Source of the DNA: an uncultured virus (IMG/VR IMGVR_UViG_3300017912_003267)
Lineage: Duplodnaviria > Heunggongvirae > Uroviricota > Caudoviricetes
Strand: one strand, 5' to 3'
DNA: 64,000 nt
Virus record (IMG/VR): IMGVR_UViG_3300017912_003267
Shown: piece by piece, positions 8,015 to 16,407 of the stretch
Numbering within the stretch: position 1 is the first letter of the stretch
Layout of the letters: each line of letters begins with the position of its first letter
The notes under the pieces: generated by a model
Told to the model about the DNA's origin: nothing
Databases searched by the model: none
The model's input: the letters and a program-made list of their open reading frames with translations, nothing else
Translations under genes and position numbers: made by a program

Positions 8015-9385
8015 TTACACTCCAGACTTCTTGAGTTTGGAAGTAATATAATCTGAAGACTTCTTGTAGAGAGATGCTTTTCTAAAATCATCCACAAACC
8101 TTTCGAGGTAGTCTGATTTTAGTATAAAGATCTCTCTTTTCTTTTCGTTTTCATTTTGCTCATACTCAAACTCGGTGATTGGACGAGAGATTTGATTGCC
8201 ATTTACCTCAATTGGCGATCCATTGACATAAAATAGGTGACCTTTTGAAGTTTGTTTGTACCAAACATTATTTTCTCTCGTCCATTTTTCACCATCAATT
8301 ACAAAGTTGTTCTCGTCAATTTGTACAACAGAATATCCGAGTGGTCTAGTAACTTCAATACTTCCATTTAGTGTGTAACCAGCTATAGCAAATTCATCTC
8401 TTACACCAGTTCCATCTGGTTCATATGTAAATTTTATATATGCCTCGGGCACTTTAAATGTATCTGGTACAGTAAAATCGAGTTGAATGGCTGTTCCACC
8501 ATCAGTAATATCTGTAGATAAAATAGAACCTAGTCGTGTGGATAAATCGAAAAATCCATATGGTTGTATTAAGTCTACGTGGAGAACATCTCCAGGGGCG
8601 GGGGATAATTCAACAGCAAAGTAAACTGAAATAGTATTCACAAATGTAAAATCTTTTACAGGACCACTGAAGTATCCAATGTCATTTGAATCAACATTTT
8701 GATTGAACTTAATTACTTCTGGTAACACTGCTGGATTGCTATACTCTGGAGACTCTCTTACATCTTCAAACTGAGCAAAATTGTAGATAATTTTTTGAAC
8801 AGCATTTACAAAGTCAATAGAATTTGCTGGAGATAAGTCAACAATATCTCCATTAGTCAAAGAATCGGTATCAAATATTATTGTTTGTGGATAAGGAATT
8901 AGTTCAGTGCTAGCAACCGTTTGTGGTAAAACATTTGCTGTCAATGTTTGTTTCCGATTGTAAAAAGATTCATCTACGTTTAAATTTCCTTTGATTAAAA
9001 CTTTACCAAACAATTCTTCTTGCTTGTCTTCGGAAATAGTTTCGTAGTGATGAATATCATAGTATGGGTTATCATATCTAGACTCTACATGGTTTCTGAG
9101 TTCTGATTCTGTCATGGGCAGATCATATAGAGGGTTCATCATGTTATTCGTTAAGGCAATCACCCAATCATATTCGGCATTCCCATAGACAGATTCTGCT
9201 ATCTGATCTAACCTTTGCCCATCTTGAACAGCAACTTTGTTATAGTATACACTACTATCAAAAACAGTTTCTCCAATCTTGTATCTCTTGAAAAAGTTTT
9301 TCGCTACGACGTAATCAGATTCTGAGAATGGATACTTGACAGGTTTAGTATCATATTTTATTGATGGTAGAAAGTCAAAATACAT
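8015..9385 (-). CDS. gp53: Baseplate wedge subunit with internal insertion
   Basis: MYFDFLPSIKY, GQRLDQIAESVYG...WVIALTNN, IHHYET, FEYEQNENEKKREI. Confidence 0.88.
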   Translation of the reverse strand: MYFDFLPSIKYDTKPVKYPFSESDYVVAKNFFKRYKIGETVFDSSVYYNKVAVQDGQRLDQIAESVYGNAEYDWVIALTNNMMNPLYDLPMTESELRNHVESRYDNPYYDIHHYETISEDKQEELFGKVLIKGNLNVDESFYNRKQTLTANVLPQTVASTELIPYPQTIIFDTDSLTNGDIVDLSPANSIDFVNAVQKIIYNFAQFEDVRESPEYSNPAVLPEVIKFNQNVDSNDIGYFSGPVKDFTFVNTISVYFAVELSPAPGDVLHVDLIQPYGFFDLSTRLGSILSTDITDGGTAIQLDFTVPDTFKVPEAYIKFTYEPDGTGVRDEFAIAGYTLNGSIEVTRPLGYSVVQIDENNFVIDGEKWTRENNVWYKQTSKGHLFYVNGSPIEVNGNQISRPITEFEYEQNENEKKREIFILKSDYLERFVDDFRKASLYKKSSDYITSKLKKSGV

Positions 9386-10392
9386 TAGTATGATGCTCCT
9401 TGTGTATTGATGTCCTGAGAGTAGACAAGCTTGATCTCAGCGAATGTTAACGATAATTCAGTTGCTACGGGAGAACCTTGTCCTTGATATGTAGTGTACA
9501 CACCATCGGGAGTGTAGTTTACTTCCACTCCAGTGATAGCACATAATTTATACTGTGGTAAGAATTCGTGGAGTCCTGTACCATTCATAAACTTTACTTG
9601 ACATAGACCAGGAACGCCAATGAAGTTAGCGTTGGATGCTTTTCCTTTAGCATCTGCTGGTTTGTCTCCTTCAAATAGTCCTTGAAAGTTTCCAGCAAAA
9701 TCTAAAGCACCGCCAGGTCTAGGACCAAACGTTGGCAAAGCAACTCTTTTGAATTGTCCTACAATTTCTCTAATGTCTCTCGCTTCCTTATCATTACGTG
9801 GTGCTAGCTTAAACTTTAGTGTAAATTCTCTAAGCTTAAAACCAGAGAACATTAACTCAGTGTTGGGATTTAAAATAACACCAAGAGATCCTTGTAATAG
9901 ATCACCAGTAGTAGCGTTAGCACCAATGGCATTGAGAGCGGTTGTTATTGCTTCCGCCGCTAGTGTTGGTGTAGCCCCAGCAGTGTTTTGGATAAGTTTT
10001 CCAACAGCAGAGGCAGAACCACCAGCATCGCCACCAAGTAATGCTCCGCCTGCCTTCAATGCTGCTGTTGTTACGTTAGAGAAACCTTTACCACCCCAGT
10101 CAGTACTATATCCCGTGGAGATATCTTCTGGCATGTATAATAAAATGTTTTTAGAATCTGGGTATACTTGATACTCAGCGCCAGCTTGATTGTATTCTGT
10201 AAAGTCGTTACTGAATCCATCAACGTCAATACCAGACCCATTCCTGTTGGCAGAGAATGGTCCTTTATATTTGTAGAAAGAAAACTTTACGTAATCTGTA
10301 TTGTCCGAAAAAAGATTACTAGGGAACATAAGTTTACTTGATGCTCCCGTTGAACCTCTTAAATTTTGTATGAGATTCAGTTGATCGGCCAT
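9385..10392 (-). CDS. gp48: Baseplate tail tube cap
   Basis: LYMPEDI, NPNTELMFSGFKLREFT, VEVNYTPDG; synteny. Confidence 0.88.
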   Translation of the reverse strand: MADQLNLIQNLRGSTGASSKLMFPSNLFSDNTDYVKFSFYKYKGPFSANRNGSGIDVDGFSNDFTEYNQAGAEYQVYPDSKNILLYMPEDISTGYSTDWGGKGFSNVTTAALKAGGALLGGDAGGSASAVGKLIQNTAGATPTLAAEAITTALNAIGANATTGDLLQGSLGVILNPNTELMFSGFKLREFTLKFKLAPRNDKEARDIREIVGQFKRVALPTFGPRPGGALDFAGNFQGLFEGDKPADAKGKASNANFIGVPGLCQVKFMNGTGLHEFLPQYKLCAITGVEVNYTPDGVYTTYQGQGSPVATELSLTFAEIKLVYSQDINTQGASY

Positions 10393-11079
10393 TTATTTTA
10401 CCATCTCCTTATCTGATGCTTTACCGTAACCTTCAATTACTCTACGACCTTTGATGTTGTCATAATAATTTTCATTAGTCTCTTCCCAAACAAGTTCCTT
10501 ATCATAAGGAAAGAAGTGACCGTTAATAGTTCTCACAAAATCCTCAGTTGGTAGAAGAATGGCAGTGTCCCATTCAACCGCAGCGAGATCAAGATATAGA
10601 CCGTCAACATGGTTTGTTAAGTATTTATGGAAGCATTTTTTAGGAATGTCAATACGACCTTCGAGTAACTTTTTGATTGATAATATTCTTCTTTTTGGTG
10701 ACATGTAATGTAGGTTTGCTCCAAAAAATTCATTACGACCTGATTTAATTACATACACTAAAGGAAACCTATCGTAATAAGGTAACCATTTCATCTTAGC
10801 TTTGTATTCAAACATGTAGATGTGACCAGTAACTGTATATGTTCTTAACATGTTCTGATCATTTTCACTTGCTGAACCAGCACTATCTCTACGTTCAGAA
10901 GCAACATATTTTCTCATGTCTTTTTGGTATGATGATGCTTCTGCTCTCACAGCAGCACGATACCAACTAAGAGATTTCTTTTCTCCGTTTGTTTTCTTAG
11001 TAATTCTCTCAAAGAGAGTTTCGTAACCTGGGTCTTTCTTGACTCGGTTACGTTGAATGGTCTTGAATCCCGTTGCCAT
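10393..11079 (-). CDS. gp2: DNA end protector protein
   Basis: YMFEYKAK..LPYYDRFPLV, GANLHY, CFHKYL. Confidence 0.85.
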   Translation of the reverse strand: MATGFKTIQRNRVKKDPGYETLFERITKKTNGEKKSLSWYRAAVRAEASSYQKDMRKYVASERRDSAGSASENDQNMLRTYTVTGHIYMFEYKAKMKWLPYYDRFPLVYVIKSGRNEFFGANLHYMSPKRRILSIKKLLEGRIDIPKKCFHKYLTNHVDGLYLDLAAVEWDTAILLPTEDFVRTINGHFFPYDKELVWEETNENYYDNIKGRRVIEGYGKASDKEMVK

Positions 11080-11080
11080 T

Positions 11081-11515
11081 TTAGACTCCTAAGTGATCTT
11101 CGGTAAGGATTAAAAATTTCATCTGCCTATCCTCACAGAAGTCCTGAGCAGCGTCCCATTTGGCACGGTTCTTGGCGAACGTCAGAACAGCTTTCTTATA
11201 GGCAGCAGTTCTTTTATTTTTTTCATTCGGTGGTGTTGTTTGTTTCTTGGGTTTAACTTCAATCAGATACTTGTTAATTAAACCAGACTTTGACTTCACT
11301 TTAATATAGAAGTCTGGATAATAACGATGTACCCTGCCATCAGTGGGACAACGATAAGGAATAATTACTTCCTCACTGCCCCATTGGATGATGCTATCAT
11401 TCTTATCACAGAAATACATAAATTTTCTTTCCCACAAAGAACGAAAGATAATCTTAGTCGGATCACCTTTATATTTTCGTGGGTTAGTTGGTTTAAAAAT
11501 TCCAGAATATGCCAT
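11081..11515 (-). CDS. gp4: Head completion nuclease
   Basis: PTNPRKYKGDPT, RSLWE, WGSEE, HRYYPDF, IEVKP, NRAKW. Confidence 0.95.
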   Translation of the reverse strand: MAYSGIFKPTNPRKYKGDPTKIIFRSLWERKFMYFCDKNDSIIQWGSEEVIIPYRCPTDGRVHRYYPDFYIKVKSKSGLINKYLIEVKPKKQTTPPNEKNKRTAAYKKAVLTFAKNRAKWDAAQDFCEDRQMKFLILTEDHLGV

Positions 11516-11550
11516 GATAAATATAGTCGGACCAACTATTCCTATTTAGT
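11516..11550. promoter_or_regulatory. Face-to-face late promoters
   Basis: GATAAATA (+, 11516-11523) and ACTAAATA (-, 11543-11550) in the 35-bp gap between divergent genes. Confidence 0.65.
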
Positions 11551-12336
11551 GTGGCATCAACGAAGAGTCTAGCAAAGTTTATGGAAATTATGGCATCCCA
11601 AGGTGGGATGTCGATGAGTAATAATTTTGACGTGGAGTTTGAGTTTACATCAAAGAATGGAGACTTAGTTACACGAATGAATGACTTAGGAATTGGGTTT
11701 AGAAACAATGGAAATCTTATTTCTGATGACTCTTTATTAGACACCAGTGCTGGTTCAGTTTTGAAGATTTTTTGTGAAGAAGCACAACTACCTAATGTAC
11801 AAGCAGCGACTGGTCAGTACACTGGTAGACGATTGGGCGAAGGGTCTGTTAACTATGCCCACACTAAACTGTATACAGACTTTCAACTCGGGTGGATGTG
11901 TGATGCTAACATGACACCACTTAAGTTTTTAAATGCCTGGTATTCATTTATCTTTGGTGAATTTGATTCTGCCAACAACGAAATTTTGGGGGAGACTGGT
12001 CCAACTACAAACACTTATGCTAGGACTGGTGCTAAACTAGAAGAATTGAAAAGAGGTCTTGGATCTTCTGGTCTTAGAAGTTCTCCAGATAAATCAATTC
12101 GTCTGAGATATCCAGACGAGTATCAATGTAATGTTACTATTATTAAATCAGAAAAGAGTGCTAACGCTCCTAATGGTAGACCATCGATGCTGTATACTAT
12201 GATAGATTGTTTTCCTTATGCCATTGATGCTGTCCCATTATCATATGGAGCATCACAGATCACTAAGGTGACAGCAAACTTTTATTACTCTAAGTATTCT
12301 GTTGTCTATAATGATGTCAGGAAAATGAGAGGTTGA
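11551..12336 (+). CDS. Tail tube-like / tail tube initiator (gp19/gp54 family)
   Basis: FCEEAQLP, YPDEY, DCFPYAIDAVPLSYG; position between gp4 and gp26. Confidence 0.75.
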   Translation: MASTKSLAKFMEIMASQGGMSMSNNFDVEFEFTSKNGDLVTRMNDLGIGFRNNGNLISDDSLLDTSAGSVLKIFCEEAQLPNVQAATGQYTGRRLGEGSVNYAHTKLYTDFQLGWMCDANMTPLKFLNAWYSFIFGEFDSANNEILGETGPTTNTYARTGAKLEELKRGLGSSGLRSSPDKSIRLRYPDEYQCNVTIIKSEKSANAPNGRPSMLYTMIDCFPYAIDAVPLSYGASQITKVTANFYYSKYSVVYNDVRKMRG

Positions 12337-12343
12337 TTACCTA

Positions 12344-12389
12344 AATCTCGAAAAATTTTTCCCGCCAAAAATTGAGTGAAAAAGTCGAT
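12344..12389 (+). repeat. 46-bp A/T-tract element, copy 1
   Basis: Aligns without gaps to 24829-24874 (AAAAA..YCCGC-N13-AAAAAGTYGAT). Confidence 0.6.
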
Positions 12390-12392
12390 CTA

Positions 12393-12400
12393 AATAAATA
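12393..12400 (+). promoter_or_regulatory. Late promoter for gp26
   Basis: AATAAATA 20 nt upstream of ATG. Confidence 0.7.
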
Positions 12401-12420
12401 TACGATTTGAATTTATATTC

Positions 12421-13140
12421 ATGCCATTACCATCTTTATCAATCCCAACGTATGAGACGGAGTTGCCTTCGACTGGCAAGAAGATTAAGTATCGTCCGTT
12501 TTTAGTCAAGGAAGAAAAACTTCTTCTTCTTGCTATGGATTCTGAAGAAGAAAAAACTATAGAAGATGCTGTCAAAGACATACTCAAGGCATGTATTCAA
12601 ACTAGAGGTATTAAAATTGAGAACCTCGCCACATTTGACTTAGAGTTTTTATTTCTCAAGATCAGATCAGTATCTGCTGGAGAAGAAGTAAAAATGAAAG
12701 TCACTTGTCAGGATGATAATGAAACTCAAGTAACTGTTGCTATCAATATTGATGAAGTTACTGTTGATAAACCAGAAAATCACAGTAACAAGATCATGCT
12801 ACAAGAAGACGTTGGTATGATTATGAAGTACCCTGGGATTAATCAGTTTGTTAATATCACACTTCTCAATAAAGATTTAGCAACAACCGAAGAAGTGTTT
12901 ACTTTAGTTGCCAAATGTGTTGATCAAATCTTCCAGGGCGATGAAGTGTGGGAGACATCTGACATGAAACTGGAAGAAGTTGTTACTTTCTTGGAAGGTA
13001 TGACTCAGCAACAGTTTGAAAAAGTACAGGAGTTTTGTGAAACTATGCCACTCCTCCGCCACCAGTTTGAGGTAACCAACCCTAATACTGGAAAGGTATC
13101 TGTCTTTACGTTGGAGGGCTTACAAAGTTTTTTCGGATAA
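12421..13140 (+). CDS. gp26: Baseplate hub subunit/assembly protein
   Basis: LPSTGKKIKYRPFLVKEEKLLL, FDLEFLFLKIRSVSAGE, LEGLQSFF. Confidence 0.92.
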   Translation: MPLPSLSIPTYETELPSTGKKIKYRPFLVKEEKLLLLAMDSEEEKTIEDAVKDILKACIQTRGIKIENLATFDLEFLFLKIRSVSAGEEVKMKVTCQDDNETQVTVAINIDEVTVDKPENHSNKIMLQEDVGMIMKYPGINQFVNITLLNKDLATTEEVFTLVAKCVDQIFQGDEVWETSDMKLEEVVTFLEGMTQQQFEKVQEFCETMPLLRHQFEVTNPNTGKVSVFTLEGLQSFFG

Positions 13141-13142
13141 GC

Positions 13143-13319
13143 ATGTTCTATAATACTTTAGAAAATTATTATAGAACAAACTTTGCTCTTATGCAGCACC
13201 ATAAATATTCATTGACAGAGCTAGAGAATATGATGCCTTGGGAACGTACTGTCTATGTTGCCTTATTGAATGCTTGGATTAAAGAACAAGAAGAAGCAAG
13301 GAAAGCAGCACAGCGATGA
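13143..13319 (+). CDS. gp51: Baseplate hub assembly catalyst (58 aa)
   Basis: Translated by hand: YYRTNFALMQHHKYSLTELENMMPWER. Confidence 0.85.
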   Translation: MFYNTLENYYRTNFALMQHHKYSLTELENMMPWERTVYVALLNAWIKEQEEARKAAQR

Positions 13320-16300
13320 GTCTTCCCACTCCACCATCAGGAATACTAGACAAGGATCGTCCGTGGTGGCGCGGTAAGGTCAGTGATGCTCAGTGGGATA
13401 GACTCAAAGCAAAACTAACTGGCGGCACTGATGCTGGTGGTACATCGTACTCTAAATTTATTGATTGCTCTGCTGCTGAAGCAGACAAAATTATTTCTAA
13501 TCTGAAGAAGGATCCTAGAGGGTATCCTCAGATGTACATGCCTGGTGGTGGTGAAGCATACCAGATCATGATTGATTACTTTCAGTGGTTGAAAGATAGT
13601 TACCTAACAGAAGAACCAAAAGAAGAAGACATTCCTGTTGAGGTAGAAGTAGTAGAGGTAGAGCAGAAGCAACCAGACGAACCAATCGTTGTTAAGATTG
13701 AGGCTCCCTTTGAACCTACTCCAACACAACCATTATCAGCACCAAAAACATTAAGATTACCACGTAGAAGTGGTGTCATTCGTCCATCAAAAGCGAAGAA
13801 GAAGTCTGCTGCTGAGAGAATGGCAGAGGCATTTGACGAGAGACTAGATGATGTATTGGATTCTATCAAGAATCCACCAGAAGCACCCGAACCAAAGCAA
13901 AGGAAGCAGAAAGAAAAACTAGTAAAGATTAAGCGAGCAGTTAAGCCCAAGTCTTACTTCAAAGAACAGCAGGGACCGAAACCTTTAGAAAATCTAAGTG
14001 CTTTCTTAGGTGGTAAAGTAAAGAGTGCCTTTGGTCGTGCTGCTGATGCCAGAAGAATGGCAAATGAGGCTGGAATGCCTAAGCAGAAGAAAGGATTCTA
14101 TGTTACTAGAGCATTAGGTCTTGAGTTTGGTGGTGATAAAATTGCTAGAACCAGGGGAACATTTTCGAGATCACCTGACGCTACTTTAGATCCATCTCTC
14201 ACTAAACAGCAGAGATATATGGAGGGGATGTTTGGATCTAGAACCATACGTCCAGGAAAAACAGTTGATAACAATGTAGAAAAATTAGAAGATGCTCTTA
14301 GTAAATTAGAAAATACTTTAAGAGAGACTGTAAAGACGAAAGAAAATACTCCAGAGTCTGAAGTTTCTTCATTAGAAAAGACTGTTAATGAGTTACGTGA
14401 TGCTCTTATCAAAAACAATAAGGCACAGAAAGATATTGTAAGAGTAAAAACAGAACAGTTAGAATTAGATTATGAAGTTGCCAATCATAAAGAAATGGCA
14501 GCGAAAGAATCTGAGATGGAAAAGGGTGAAGATCTTAGTGACTTTGTTGATGGAGTGCCTGAGAAAAAAGAAGAGAAGGAAGAAGAAGGTGGTGGTGGAC
14601 TTGACATTGGCGACATGTTCGACAAGTTCAGGAAAAGTAAGTGGTTGAAGAGACTGAAAAATCCTAAACGTCTTGCCAGAACACTCTTTAGATATGGTAG
14701 ACGATTTATATTCAAACCACTCAAGGCAGCAGCAACTAAAGTTGCTGGCGTGGTTTCTGGCGCTGCTGCTACCACTGCTGCCATTGTTGGTGGCGTAGGT
14801 CTTGCTGCCTCTGGTCTGGGTGAAGGATTCTTTCAACTCACTAAGAAGGGTGGTGCTGGAGAAAAGACAAGAGATGCTCTAAAGAAAAAGGGAGAAGAGA
14901 TTGGTGGTCCATTAGGTTCTCTTATTGGAGGAGTTGGAAACCTAGCAGGATTCTCTACCGAAGCAACCAAGGTAACAGGTAATGCTCTTGATGCTATCGG
15001 TGCTCCATTTAGATATGCTATTGAAGGCATTCGTTATCCATTCCTGAATGAAGAGGACAGAGAAAAGCAAGCGGATAATCTCGCCAAGTTTGACGCTAGA
15101 ATCCGAGAGTACAGTCGTGGGTGGATGAATCGTATTGATTTCATGAACGTCGTTCCTGATGAGAAGGGTGGGTTCGGCAACATTTATGGAAATGATGATG
15201 CTCAAAAAGAGATGATGGAAAAGATGTCTGAGGGTGGAACTATTCCTGAGCCAAAGTTCCAGGGTATCAGTGGTGCTAGATTGACGGGTGATCTCGGACA
15301 GGGTGTTAAGGCAATGGTTGGCGAAGCAGGACCAGAAATGGTGATGAGAGCGGGCATGAATCCACTACAATCTCTTGCTCCCATGATCAGTGCTGTGAGA
15401 GAAATCACGAAGAGAGTAGGACCCTGGGGTGATCCTATCGAGACGTATGTACAGCAAGTGACTGGTCCTTTAGCAAAACAATTAAAGTTACCAGTCATTC
15501 CTACTAATGTTGACATTGGTGAAGGAGATATTACACCGAAAGATACTGGTGATAGAAAAATCTTGGGTAAAAAACAAAACATTTTTCAAAAAATGTTAGG
15601 TTCTTTATTTGGTGGAGCAGCACAAGCAAAAGGCATGGGTCTTGGTATGAATATCACTCCTAATATGGGTGGCGGTGATGGTAAAACTACTGCTGGTGCT
15701 GTTTATGATTACCTATTATCAAAAGGCATGAGTGAAAATCATGCTAAAGGTATCACTGCTAACATCAGTAGAGAGTCTGGTTTTAAATTAGGAGCACATA
15801 ATCCTAATGATCCAGGCGCTGGTTCGTTTGGATTATTCCAATGGAATGGTGGTAGAGCACAGAATATGATGGCAGCAGTTCCTGACTGGCAGACAAATTG
15901 GAAGGGACAGATTGACTATGCTCTCGGTGAAGATCATGGTCCTAGATATCTCTCTAGTACATTCCCAACGGCAGGAGCAGCAGCATATGATTGGATGAAG
16001 TATTGGGAAAGACCCGCTGAATATGTTCAAGCAAAGTATACCCCCGCCGCTTATGAAGGTATGATTCAAAAGATGAATTTAACTAGGGGTATGAGTCAGC
16101 AACAAACTCCCGATGCTCCAGTCGTAGAAGCACCCGAGACTACACTACCCACGCCACAACATCAGGGTCCAGTCATCCCAGCACCACAAAGACCAGAGGC
16201 ACCAGCGACTCCAGCACCCGCTCCTCCGCCTCCAATGGCACCAGCATCCAGTCCCATCCTTACCTTACCCATTACTCCCCCGCCTGTCCCACAGCAGCAG

Positions 16301-16384
16301 CAGGAGCAATCTCTGTTTATGCCACAGTCTAAAACCGAAGATCCATTTGAACGATGGAGAAAACTTCGTCTAGCTACGAACTAA
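13316..16384 (+). CDS. Hub/tape-measure-like protein with C-terminal phage tail lysozyme domain
   Basis: Helical/low-complexity body; AKGITANISRESGF...GLFQWNGGR...QIDYALGE...YWERP lysozyme-family motifs. Confidence 0.8.
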   Translation: MSLPTPPSGILDKDRPWWRGKVSDAQWDRLKAKLTGGTDAGGTSYSKFIDCSAAEADKIISNLKKDPRGYPQMYMPGGGEAYQIMIDYFQWLKDSYLTEEPKEEDIPVEVEVVEVEQKQPDEPIVVKIEAPFEPTPTQPLSAPKTLRLPRRSGVIRPSKAKKKSAAERMAEAFDERLDDVLDSIKNPPEAPEPKQRKQKEKLVKIKRAVKPKSYFKEQQGPKPLENLSAFLGGKVKSAFGRAADARRMANEAGMPKQKKGFYVTRALGLEFGGDKIARTRGTFSRSPDATLDPSLTKQQRYMEGMFGSRTIRPGKTVDNNVEKLEDALSKLENTLRETVKTKENTPESEVSSLEKTVNELRDALIKNNKAQKDIVRVKTEQLELDYEVANHKEMAAKESEMEKGEDLSDFVDGVPEKKEEKEEEGGGGLDIGDMFDKFRKSKWLKRLKNPKRLARTLFRYGRRFIFKPLKAAATKVAGVVSGAAATTAAIVGGVGLAASGLGEGFFQLTKKGGAGEKTRDALKKKGEEIGGPLGSLIGGVGNLAGFSTEATKVTGNALDAIGAPFRYAIEGIRYPFLNEEDREKQADNLAKFDARIREYSRGWMNRIDFMNVVPDEKGGFGNIYGNDDAQKEMMEKMSEGGTIPEPKFQGISGARLTGDLGQGVKAMVGEAGPEMVMRAGMNPLQSLAPMISAVREITKRVGPWGDPIETYVQQVTGPLAKQLKLPVIPTNVDIGEGDITPKDTGDRKILGKKQNIFQKMLGSLFGGAAQAKGMGLGMNITPNMGGGDGKTTAGAVYDYLLSKGMSENHAKGITANISRESGFKLGAHNPNDPGAGSFGLFQWNGGRAQNMMAAVPDWQTNWKGQIDYALGEDHGPRYLSSTFPTAGAAAYDWMKYWERPAEYVQAKYTPAAYEGMIQKMNLTRGMSQQQTPDAPVVEAPETTLPTPQHQGPVIPAPQRPEAPATPAPAPPPPMAPASSPILTLPITPPPVPQQQQEQSLFMPQSKTEDPFERWRKLRLATN

Positions 16385-16407
16385 ATACAATTAAGTAGGT
16401 ATCTTGT

